A stretch of DNA of 62,922 nt, filler included, from Basidiobolus meristosporus CBS 931.73 (taxonomy: Eukaryota; Fungi; Basidiobolomycota): the NCBI GenBank assembly GCA_002104905.1. It is 5 parts of 5 records of this genome, joined end to end, with 100 filler letters (N's around TTAATTAATTAA, not from the genome) between each part and the next. Parts side by side here need not be neighbours in the genome. Positions count along the whole stretch, not along the records: positions 40,836 to 53,789 come from MCFE01001218.1; positions 53,890 to 62,922 come from MCFE01001331.1; 3 more parts are not named here. One strand, written 5' to 3'. Each line of letters opens with the position of its first letter. Position 1 is the first letter of the stretch. A program made the position numbers and the translations under genes. Below are positions 51,530-61,733 of this stretch, one piece after another. The notes under the pieces were generated by a model. The model was given only the letters and a program-made list of their open reading frames with translations. It was not told the origin of the DNA and ran no database searches.

Positions 51530-53100
51530 TTATTGATTAGTGATGCTCAAGGATGGAGATCTAGAGTTGAAATGGAAACCTTTTGGGGGTTGTGTGAAGC
51601 CATAGGGCACAGTGTAAAAGATGACAATGCATGTGCTGCTCAAGAGTAGGAACCTTGTATTTGGAGAGAATCTAAATCTGAAGCCAATGAGGTCATTGCT
51701 TAGATGCCTCAAGATGTAATAACCTTTATTGAGTTATGAATATACCTAATACAGCCATATATGGACAAATTGCCAGTAGTTCCAGCACCAATCTACATTA
51801 TAGCATGGTAGGTTTGGTTTGCTGCCCAACATCTAGAATGGCTACAAATCTAGTACCATACTAATTATCTAGCGCATATATTGAGAAGCTTAGAGTTACA
51901 ATGGGCTAAGTGGCTATTAGACTTGTTCTGTTGGATAGTGCCACATTGAGCCATGAGTGCCAATTGATGCCTTAGTGTGCCAGGGAGGCCAAGTGAGCCT
52001 ATACTTAGCCACAGAGTGTGAAATATTGCTCTGCATCATCATGAAAAGCAACCCTTGTGTTTCACTCATTGTACTGCAGAAATTCCATTTCTTTACCTTT
52101 TTTTTTGGATCAATGTTGTGCATGATGTGTAAGAGCACAGAAGAATTGAGGACATGCACCTGGTACTCAATACTCATGGACTCTGAGTCTAGCTCCTGTA
52201 GCTTGTATCAAGTCACAAAAATGAATGGCACAATCTTGGTCCACTGGTACTATCTGGCCATATAAGTGCTTTGTATAGGTTTTACTTTAGGGCTAATATT
52301 TAAATACAGTGCCAGATAGCACCAGTGAACCAAGATAGTGCCATTCATTTTTGTGACTTGATACAAGCTACAGGAGCTAGACTCAGAGTGTCATGGGTAT
52401 TGAGTATTAGATGCATGTCTTCAGTCCTTCTGTGCTCATTGACATCCTGCACAACATTGATCCAAAAAAAAGGTCAAAAAATGAATTTTCTTCAGTACAA
52501 TGAGTGAAAAACAGGGGCCACGTTGCATGAAGATGCAGAGCAATGTTTCACACTCTGTGGCCAAGTATAGGCTCACTTGGCCTCACTGGTACACTAAGGC
52601 ATCAATTGGAACTTGTGGCTCAATGTGGCACTATCCAATGGAACAGGTCTATTCAGTTGCAAGAGGGTGGTGAGATATTAAGCTATTTGATATCACTCAG
52701 TAGCTAAAACTACACATCTGTCCTAGTATTAGGCACTATAAGACTTGTCTACAGCTCTTACTTAGCCTCTTTTGTAAGTTCAGTAATCCTATGATTACTC
52801 ACCAATATTCAAGATTAGGGTAGCACCTGTGGCCAACATTATGAGTCAATCCTGGGCTGTTACTTTGTACTCCAAAACATAGCAAAACTCTCCTAACTCA
52901 GTGCTACTGCTGTATTGTATCTACAAATGATCAGATACTGAACTTGTTTTGGAATAAAATACAGCTCAATCATTATGAGAATTGCTGATTCAGTTCATCA
53001 TATACAAGTACTAGGTAAGTTGCAACAAGTGTAAGTGCCAAGCAGCCTTACGATAGTTAAACAGCTTAATTAGTATTATTATCCCTTGCCATGATCTGTG
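51530..53100 (+). mobile_element. Very degenerate Gypsy RNase H / integrase-start remnant hosting MITE 2
   Basis: Residual IIAW.VW..HLEW.QI.YHTNYLAHIL...AKWL-IQLQE across the MITE; CpG-depleted. Confidence 0.4.
51919..52650. mobile_element. Foldback MITE 2 (732 bp), TSD ATT
   Basis: agacttgttc...gaacaggtct; att at 51916-18 and 52651-53; same arms and spacer as MITE 1. Confidence 0.9.
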
Positions 53101-53789
53101 CTTTCAAGTACTTCTTGAATTACAAAACATTATTTGCCCCGGTGCCAAAAGCAATATTAATATTTGACTCTACCACCAAATAAAATGCCACAAGCATCTT
53201 TCCTGTAAAGTAGCAGTATAATAGGAGTAATAAGCTTAGGAGAAATAAGAAGTTAATGCACCTTGATGAAAGAAATCATTGATATGCAGCACCAGGAAAA
53301 GAATATAAACCCAGGGCCTCCACAGAAGCAACTGATAAATTTCAAGCAAGAAAGCTCAAAGAAAATTCTACAATTGGAACCTACCAGATTCTCAGCTGGT
53401 ATTCAGGGTTATATGTGACATATTTTGATGTTGCTCAGTAGTCCTTTTGCTGCAACTCTTCTGTTTGCATTTCTGATAGATGTAATCAGAGCAAAATGTT
53501 AAATCTGGTATGAGTACTTGTTGACCTCTTCTCCCACTGGAATAAAAGTTGATGGGAAGGTCTGGGAAGGCTAAAGTTAAGCTGAAAATGCTGTAGTGCC
53601 CTGCAGGCCTTTTGTTGCATTAGTTTCTAGGTGAAAGAATGTTCTTGACATCTTTCAGGATTTACTCATTAGATGTAGTAATGTGTTTGGTACATTCAAG
53701 CCAGTTCAGGAATTGCCAGAGAAGATATCACCAACAGTTACCCTTTTCCCTGTCTAAGCAGAATAAGTTGCAACTTGTCATACAACCAC

Positions 53790-53889
53790 NNNNNNNNNNN
53801 NNNNNNNNNNNNNNNNNNNNNNNNNNNNNNNNNTTAATTAATTAANNNNNNNNNNNNNNNNNNNNNNNNNNNNNNNNNNNNNNNNNNNN
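53790..53889. other. Assembly gap spacer
   Basis: 100 bp of N with a central TTAATTAATTAA. Confidence 0.98.
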
Positions 53890-54969
53890 AATAATAACGG
53901 TAACGGAGGCAACGGTGGTGGCAATGGCAATGGCAATGGCGATGGAGGTAATCAAGCTGGAGCCTATGACTCTGGAAACGGTGGTAATGACAACGATAAC
54001 GGAGGCAATGGTAATGGTAACGGCAATGGAGAAAATGGAGCTGGCGCCTACGATTCTGGAAGCGGCGGTAACGGAGGCAATGGAGATAGTAATGGCAATG
54101 GCGGCAACGGAACCGGTACCTATGATACTGGAGACGGTGGTAACAATGGAAATGGCAATGGAGAAAATGGGGCTGGTGCCTACGATTCTGGAAACGTCGA
54201 TGATGGTAACGGTAACGGTAACGGTAACGGAGGCAATGTCAATGGCAATGGTGGAAATGGAGATAATAAGGGCAATGGCGGCAATAGAGCTGGTGCCTAT
54301 GATACTGGAAACGGTGGCGGCAATGGAAATGGCAACGGTAACGGAGGTAACGGAGGCGGCAATGGTAATGGAGGAAATGGAGCTGGCGCCTACGATTCTG
54401 GAAACCATGGTAACGGTAACGGTAGTGAAGGCAATAGCAATGGAGGAAATGGAGATAGTAACGGCAATGGCGGCAATGGAGCTGGTGCTTATGATACTGG
54501 AAGCGGTGGCGGGAATGTAAATGGCAATGGTAACGGAGGCAATGTCAATGGCAATGGTGGAAATGGAGATAATAAGGGCAATGGCAGCAATAGAGCTGGT
54601 GTCTATGATACTGGAAACGGTGGCGGCAATGGAAATGGCAACGGTAACGGAGGTAACGGAGGCAACGGAGGCGGCAACGGTAATGGAGGAAATGGAGCTG
54701 GCGCCTACGATTCTGGAAACCATGGTAACGGTAACGGTAGTGAAGGCAATAGCAATGGAGAAAATGGAGATAGTAACGGCAATGGCGGCAATGGAGCTGG
54801 TGCTTATGATACTGGAAGCGGTGGCGGGAATGTAAATGGCAATGGTAACGGAGGCAATGGTGGTGGCAATGACAATGGAGGAAATGGAGCTGGTACTTAT
54901 GATTCTGGAAACGGAGGTAATGGGAATGGTAATGGTGGTGCAGGTACCGGTAACGGCGATTGCCATTAA
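53890..54969 (+). CDS. Gly/Asn-rich repeat protein 1, 5'-truncated by the gap (359 aa visible)
   Basis: The open frame aat aat aac ggt... ends GDCH-TAA; 11 Y-D-S/T-G motifs; not in the ORF track because it lacks a start codon; paralogue of 55863-57092. Confidence 0.85.
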   Translation, partial: NNNGNGGNGGGNGNGNGDGGNQAGAYDSGNGGNDNDNGGNGNGNGNGENGAGAYDSGSGGNGGNGDSNGNGGNGTGTYDTGDGGNNGNGNGENGAGAYDSGNVDDGNGNGNGNGGNVNGNGGNGDNKGNGGNRAGAYDTGNGGGNGNGNGNGGNGGGNGNGGNGAGAYDSGNHGNGNGSEGNSNGGNGDSNGNGGNGAGAYDTGSGGGNVNGNGNGGNVNGNGGNGDNKGNGSNRAGVYDTGNGGGNGNGNGNGGNGGNGGGNGNGGNGAGAYDSGNHGNGNGSEGNSNGENGDSNGNGGNGAGAYDTGSGGGNVNGNGNGGNGGGNDNGGNGAGTYDSGNGGNGNGNGGAGTGNGDCH

Positions 54970-55794
54970 TTGTAAAACCATATAATCTAAATATAGTTTT
55001 TATATATAAATTCCATAAATAAAATCGAATATAGCTGGTACTCACGACCCGAAGTAATACAGTGGCAAAAAGTGTGGAAAAACCCTCACTAACCACTCAG
55101 GATACAAGAAAGCAGTAAATTCCTATCTAAAAGCTGTTTGTTGATCTATGGCTCCAATAGTCATTTTCCAAGTTCAGTCGAAGATTCATTGATTTTTTGG
55201 ATTATTTCCATTCTCTAATCCCTACCCAAGTAGAGAGCAATGTTCCAGAATAATGAGGCTGTCTGTAAAATGGTTGGACTATGCACTCAAACTAGAGCTA
55301 AATACTGCAATGAGTTGTGTATTTACTCACCTTTCTTAAAACATTCTTGCGCTATACGGTGGTTGCTCTACATATCAGAGTTTAGCAAAGAGTTGCTTGT
55401 CGTTTTGGTGAGAGTAATTCCCACTTCTACAATAACATCACTATATAAATAAATCCTTCCTAAACAGTTGTCCATAGTTGCAGTATGTCAACATATTCTA
55501 TTCGATTGGTGCAAATACCGAAATGTCATCGAGATCCTAACTCCCGATTCTCCAGAATAGCCAGTGAAACATCGCTTACTTGATATGATGCAGCTCACCA
55601 GCCACGGGGTAGAGGAAGTTAAGGTGAATGTGGGGAAGAAGGTTTCGTTTACTCAATTCACCAGGCAGGGGGTGGACTCCTTACGATAGTTAACTCATTG
55701 AAATGTACCTTGGCTTGCTGAGACATAACTAGAAAAAGAAAGGGGCGTCAGTATGCATATTCTTTCTGTCCAAAAGGCTAATGCTGCAAATTTG

Positions 55795-55802
55795 TATAAA
55801 TA
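55795..55802 (+). promoter_or_regulatory. TATA box
   Basis: TATAAATA about 65 bp upstream of the ATG at 55863. Confidence 0.55.
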
Positions 55803-55862
55803 GGAGCTCTAGTGAGATATATCAAGGCATCCACTAAGTGCTATATCTCTTTTTAAAATAGA

Positions 55863-57092
55863 ATGAAATTCTCCGCTCCTAGAATCTTGTGCTTCCTCTC
55901 TGGTTTGGCAGTAATCAACGCTGCAGCTTTCGATCGGAGATTGCAAGCTAGAAACGGTGGGGCCTATGATGTGACGGATGTATTTGATGGTGGAAATGGC
56001 GATTCTAACGGCAATGGTGGTAATGGTAATGGAGGAAACGGAGCTGGTGCCTATGGCTCTGGAAATGGCGGCAACGGAAACCAAGGCGGTGGAAATGGTG
56101 GTAACGGTGCTGGTGCTTACGACTCTGGCAATGATGGTAATGAAAACGGCGGTAATGGCAACGGCGGTAACGGTGCTGGTGCTTATGACTCTGGAAGCGG
56201 CAATGGTGGTAATGGAGGAAACGGAAATGGCGGCAACAGAAACGGCGGTAATGGAGATAGTAATGGAAATGGAGGTAGCGGAGCCGGTGCTTATGACTCT
56301 GGCAGTGGAGGTAGTAATGGAAACGGCGGTAACGGTAACGGCAATGAAGGTAATCGAGATGATAATAGCGGTAACGGAAACGGTGCTGGCGCTTACGACT
56401 CTGGAAACGGCAACAGTGGTAATGGAAGTGGAGGCCATGAAGACGGCAATGGGAACGGTGGAAACGGAATCGGTGGTAATGGAAATGGAGGTAACGGAGC
56501 CGGCGCCTATGACTCTGGAAATGGGGACAACGGAGATGGAAATAGCGGCAGTAGCAACGGGAATGGAGGGAACGGAGCTGGTATTTATGACTCTGGAAAT
56601 GGAGGAAGCGGAAACGGCAGTAACGGCAACGGATTCAATGGAGATGGTAATGGAAACGATGGCAACGAAGCCAGTGCCTATGGCTCTGGAAATGGTGGAA
56701 ACGAAAACGGCGGTAACGGCAACGGAGGTAATGGAGATGGTAATGGTAATGGTGCTGGCACTTATGACTCTGGTAATGAAAATGGTAATGGTGGTAGCGG
56801 GGAAGGTAGCATTGGCAATAGAGATAGTAATAGCGGTAATGGAAACGGTAGCAACGGTGCTGGCGCTTACGACTCCGGAAACGGCAACGCTGGTAACAAA
56901 AACGGAGGCAATGATGATGGCAATGAAACTGGTGAAAATGGAACAGGTGCTTATGACTCTGGAAACGGAAACGGAAAGGGTGGTAACGGCAACGGGGGTA
57001 ATGGAGATGGCAGTGGAAACGGTGCTAGTGCTAATGACTCGGGAAAAAATGGTGGTAATGGCACCGGGAATGGTAATGACAATTGTCAGTAA
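55863..57092 (+). CDS. Secreted Gly/Asn-rich repeat protein 2 (409 aa)
   Basis: Signal-peptide-like MKFSAPRILCFLSGLAVINA, then RR/AR basic sites, ~13 GAGAYDSG-type repeats, ends DNCQ; 3' CATAAATAAAAT shared with the paralogue. Confidence 0.9.
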   Translation: MKFSAPRILCFLSGLAVINAAAFDRRLQARNGGAYDVTDVFDGGNGDSNGNGGNGNGGNGAGAYGSGNGGNGNQGGGNGGNGAGAYDSGNDGNENGGNGNGGNGAGAYDSGSGNGGNGGNGNGGNRNGGNGDSNGNGGSGAGAYDSGSGGSNGNGGNGNGNEGNRDDNSGNGNGAGAYDSGNGNSGNGSGGHEDGNGNGGNGIGGNGNGGNGAGAYDSGNGDNGDGNSGSSNGNGGNGAGIYDSGNGGSGNGSNGNGFNGDGNGNDGNEASAYGSGNGGNENGGNGNGGNGDGNGNGAGTYDSGNENGNGGSGEGSIGNRDSNSGNGNGSNGAGAYDSGNGNAGNKNGGNDDGNETGENGTGAYDSGNGNGKGGNGNGGNGDGSGNGASANDSGKNGGNGTGNGNDNCQ

Positions 57093-59669
57093 CACACGGA
57101 GTTATGGTAGAATGATAATGTATTTATAATCTATATCACCCATAAATAAAATTGCTTAATCGATATCACTTCTCTATTTATAATATAAATGTCTAGTGGG
57201 TTCGACCCCCCCCACCTGGGTTGCAAGTATTTTATCATATGCAATCTGTTAGGAGGGACACTACATTATTTTAACCCTCGCCAGAGAAAATACTGAATTA
57301 AAATGCCGACAGAAGCAAAGAATAGGCCATAATCGGCAGGGTTGAGGTCCGACGCCTTGGTGATGGCAAGTAGTGCTCTGCGTGGAAGATTGACTGGCAT
57401 TAATGTGTTGTTCTGAATACCAGCTAAGCCCATTGTGGCTTTGTTTTTCTCCTAATATCTATTTAGAATATAATGGATAGAGGAAATAGTTGAGTCCGTC
57501 AGTGATGGGATGATATTCTTCCTTCTGGCTCAGGATCTATATCCAAACCAACTGCCGACTAATAGAAATAGAGGTAGGTACACACATGACTACGGAATGT
57601 TGGCATGTTGTGTGGGCTAATTATGTTTTCCTATTTAGGATTTCGCGCCGCCTTTCCTTCTATTACGTTGGACCGTATTTAACTATGTAACAATTGCAAA
57701 AATTTACAGATGGGTGAGGTGGCCAAGGCGCTGCGTTCAGATCGCAGTCTCTTCGAAGGCCTTACTGCAGTTGACATTATGGTCGCTATCCATTCCAAGA
57801 TCTCCTCAATAATAATTGCTTGGGCTATGGGTCTTGAGCCATTTTGCATTCCAAGACTATAAATTCCATATTATTGAGTTATACCAGCATCTTTTGCTAT
57901 ACACTTTGACACTCTTACAATATGGCCAATCAATGATAGCTACTACTGCCTGAACAGTAAACAATAAGCTCTACTGGATTAGCAAGCAATAAGTTACATC
58001 CTCTTTGAAGAGTATGTGTCTCCAAGCCCTTTGAGCTAGCTGAGTATGAGTAGTGGAGAGTATCTGCCAAGTTGTACTGGCTATAAAGAAGGAAGCCATT
58101 ATAGAGGCTGTAGTTTACATCATTATAACTCAGTTTGTGACTGCCTTGTATTATGTTGGGGTTGACTGGTGCCTTGAGTGGGCTAACTTGATTAAATGAC
58201 ACTATCAGTAGTAATATCCACAATATTATAGGTGTGCTAATTTCAATGTTTCAATTGCATAAATATCATCAAGAGGAAAACCATATCATATCATCTTTTT
58301 GTTAATAAACTGATTCCATTCATATCACCATTTCAATTAGTCTTCTCTCTATCCATAGTAACTACCCTTGGATGCAAAACCACTATCCTCCAGAATGATA
58401 TAGACAACTACTGTAAGGAACTAACTTGAGTGCATCATCATTGCAATTTGCTGTGGAACTCAGCACTTCCATTCTATGCATATCATTGGGATCATCTACA
58501 AGTTTTATATATTACATCATTTGCAAGATACAAATCACTGAATCATAAAGTCCTCATCAAATGCTTATATTCCATGCTTAAAGCATATTAACATGAATAT
58601 ACCTACAACTAAGATAATGCTGTCAAGGAGGGAATGGTGCAGGAGACAAAGAGGCAAATGTTACTTATTCTCAAAAATATATTTATCAGAACTCTCAAAG
58701 ATTAGTCTTTTCCTTTCTTACTACAACTTTGAACATCATTTGTTAATAAGCCAAAGCTATACTAGGTTACTGGCTAATTTTCATAGTGTAGCAGCCAAAG
58801 TAAGTCATTTCAAGTCTGGTCTTGATTGAATACTAAAACTTAATACCTTGGTATTGAAATAAGCATATAGTTGTAGCAACTGTAGAGGCCAATGAAGTGG
58901 TAGAGCCACTGCTAATGAAAAGTGACCCCAAGTTTTATCAGTCTTTCCTGCTGCAAGCCATGTACAATTGTAAGCACATTAAGTGAACTACACAGTTTGC
59001 TCTAGGCAATCTTCAACAGGCAATAGGCACTGCACATGCTCAGAGGGCTGCATCAGGACATAACATGAGGCACTATCCAAAGAGTGCTCTGCTCCCTCCA
59101 AGGCTAGTATGTAGGAACCATAGGCCACTTTGAGTGCAAGTTAGATAAAATTTGTTTTGCCCTGGAAAAGTACTATAAATATACAATAACCCTAACATTA
59201 CTACCTACTTGAGTAAATACATACTCATCTCACCTATTCATGCTTGCTCCCCAGATGATCCTGAGTACATGTCCAATTTATCCACAAAATATACACCATT
59301 AGTCAACTAAAGGCAAGGTCCATAACATAAGTCATGCTTACTCAAAAATTGCTGCAACCAAACATACAGAAATATCCACATGTAGTGTCAATACTGGAGA
59401 TCCAAGTCTTGACTATGATACAATTTGTAATTCAAATCATATTCCTGGCAACATCAGTACTCCTCTTTGTATTCACAGGCATAACTTGAAGTCCTTTCCC
59501 AACCCCAATATTACTTTTGCACCCAATGGAGAAGTCCTTCCTAACAACTTAAATTCATGCTTTGTCAGCCAAGCTTTCAAAGTATTATTATCAAATGATG
59601 ACAAATCTGTTTTTGACCAGAAGACTGCCAGAGACAGGATTTTTAATACATGTTGTTGTGTATCACCAT

Positions 59670-60076
59670 TTAATACTCAGCCGGTTTCACTCCATTAGAA
59701 AATCTAGCATCCTAACTGATTTTCCCTAACCCAAGCATACTAATCCCAGTCATTTTATTTTATCCCACCTCAGAGGCTATTTTTAGCTGTCACACCTAAT
59801 CAGTTTTCAGAAGGCCATTGTGTTATCAACATATCTGCCAAGCCATCCCAAGTGAATAGTCCTCTGAGGTTTATCCAACCACTTAGCAACTGCCCAGGCA
59901 TCAGCTGATTGATGATTCAATTTCATTTATCTTAAGCACCTATCAACACCCAAACCAATTCTAACTAGTCCAGTCTCTGGTGCTATTTCATCTTGACAAG
60001 AAAAGTATGAATAAAGTTTACTGAACCTTTTGATTTGGTGTGTGCCATTATAAAATTAAGACTGTCTCAACAAAAA
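59670..60076 (+). repeat. Subtelomeric direct repeat S, copy 1
   Basis: Aligns with 60365-60780; contains CCCTAACCC. Confidence 0.8.
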
Positions 60077-60330
60077 TAAGGGCTAGGGGGGAGACAGTTG
60101 CCAACAGGTGAAATCTTTATTTCAGTTGAAACAAAGAAGCCAGCCCTACTGTTGTAGCTTTGATACAAGAGTGTGGAGTTGGGGGGAGATTGTAGGTAAG
60201 TTAATAAGAAGTGATGATAGTTCTTCAGTGCTCAAGACACTGTTCAGTGGGAACGGGGGTAGAAGAGGGGTAAGAATGACTAGTGAGCAACATTAATGAG
60301 GGGAATATGATAATGATTGATATTCATCAT
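60077..60330 (-). mobile_element. Telomeric retroelement-like unit U1 (5'-truncated, degenerate)
   Basis: TAAGGG-CTAGGG junction followed by the shared 3' end (ggtgaaatctttattt); carries a C-terminal coding fragment LPPFPLNSVLSTEEL. Confidence 0.65.
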
Positions 60331-60364
60331 AAAGGGAGTGTTGTGCATCAACATGTAAAACTTG

Positions 60365-60780
60365 GCCAATTTCACTCCGTTAGAAAATCTAGTACCCTAA
60401 CTGATTTTCCCTAACCCAAACATAACTAATCCCTGTTATGGTTTATTTTATCACTTCTCAGAATATATTTTTAGCTGTCACACCTTATCAATTTTCATGT
60501 GGTCATTACATTGTCAACTGATCTACTAAGCCTTTCAAAGTGATTAGTCATCTGAGATATATCCAACCACTTAGCAGATGCCAAGACAACAGCTGATTAA
60601 TGATGCAACTTTTCATTTATCTAATGCACCTATCAACACCCCAACAAATTTCAATTAGTCCAGTCTCTTGGTGCTTACTAATGCAACTCAATCAGAAAAG
60701 TATAAATAAAGTTTACTGAACCTTTTAGTTTAGTGTGTGTCTCAACAAAATTAAGACTGTGTCTCAGCAAAATTAAGAAT
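60365..60780 (+). repeat. Subtelomeric direct repeat S, copy 2
   Basis: Aligns with 59670-60076; continues into unique sequence and the ORF at 61079. Confidence 0.8.
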
Positions 60781-61078
60781 TCAACAAATCCATTCTAGTT
60801 TCTACCCAAGCTTAGCATATCTAGCACTCTCAAGAACACCAAGCCTAGCCTGCATAGCAAACCTACTCTGATGCATTTATAGCCCAACTCAGCTATATAT
60901 ATTACCAACATTAGACCAGAACCTCTCTGCTAATATTTCTGACACTCTTGACAATTCTAAGATGCTGCACTTAGTTGTCACTTAGGTTTAGTTAACTCAT
61001 TCAAGAGTTTTATTACACTTTTCTCTTGGATACAACATTTTTTTTGTTGAATTCCATTACATTCAACCACGTTATAAT

Positions 61079-61297
61079 ATGTCTGCAGCAGCAAGCAACC
61101 CAAATCTTTCCATGTTAGAAGAAGCCCGCAGAAATCAGGAAGAACTAACTGCACAGCTTGAAAACATCATGCCTGAAAGAAACACTTTGGTGCTTGAGCA
61201 CTCAAAGCTTGCCAAGACAAGATCTGACAATCATTGTAGAGATGAACTTCTTGAAGTTATTTCTGGTTACCAAGATGAAATTGGAATTATCACTTAG
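61079..61297 (+). pseudogene. Coiled-coil ORF start, truncated at a TTAGGG junction
   Basis: ATG start; EEARRNQEELTAQLEN; the stop codon TAG is supplied by the TTAGGG at 61294-99. Confidence 0.45.
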
Positions 61298-61362
61298 GGG
61301 GGGAGGGGAGACAGTCACCTGCAGGTGAAATCTTTATTTCAGTTGAAACAAAGAAGCCAGCG
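61294..61362 (-). mobile_element. Unit U2 (3' end only)
   Basis: TTAGGG followed by a 3' end nearly identical to that of U1. Confidence 0.7.
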
Positions 61363-61681
61363 CTAGGGGGAGGGAAAGTCACCAAGTTGGTGAAATCTTT
61401 ATTTGCGTTAAGAACTAATCAAAGTACAAACAAAGAAGCAAATTAAGAGGTCTAGAACCTCTCTAATAAGTAATCTAATTTATGTTTTGTTTCATCTCTA
61501 ATGTTTGTTTCAAGAAAGTAAAGCTCATCAGGGGTTAATATAAAATTCAGAGGTTTTGGGGGAAGTACAAATTGTAGATGTTTCTGATCAACATAATCCA
61601 AGACTGGAACCCAGCCTGGGATTAGGTGTAGTAGGAAAGGTGTGTGGACTTGTAAGTAGCTCTGCCACATAGATCTTAGAT
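61363..61681 (-). mobile_element. Unit U3 (3' end plus stop-free C-terminal 76 codons)
   Basis: CTAGGG followed by the shared 3' end; frame ...LPPKPLNFILTPDEL...LERF* capped by gggttaggg at 61682. Confidence 0.7.
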
Positions 61682-61733
61682 GGGTTAGGGGGAGGAAAGT
61701 CACCAAGGGTTAGGGTTAGGGTTAGGGTTAGGG
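61682..61733 (+). repeat. Interstitial telomeric repeats flanking a 16-nt element 3' end (U4)
   Basis: gggttaggg + ggaggaaagtcaccaa + ggg(ttaggg)4. Confidence 0.9.

Noticed and set aside
53842-54981. 379-aa minus-strand Ile/Ala/Ser/Thr-rich ORF, and the plus-strand Met/Glu/Val-rich ORFs 53915-54520 and 54521-54835
   Set aside because: Antisense and shifted-frame shadows of the GGN/AAY codon repeat; the real frame is the unlisted Gly/Asn frame.
55809-57129. 428-aa minus-strand ORF and 383-aa alternate plus-strand ORF
   Set aside because: Same shadow effect; only 55863-57092 has a signal peptide, TATA box and paralogue.
57195-57225. GGGTTCGACCCC resembling a tRNA T-arm / B box
   Set aside because: No A box, D arm or acceptor stem in the flanks.
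61305-61335. Hammerhead ribozyme at the element 3' end (stem followed by GAAA)
   Set aside because: No CUGANGA core in the required position on either strand.
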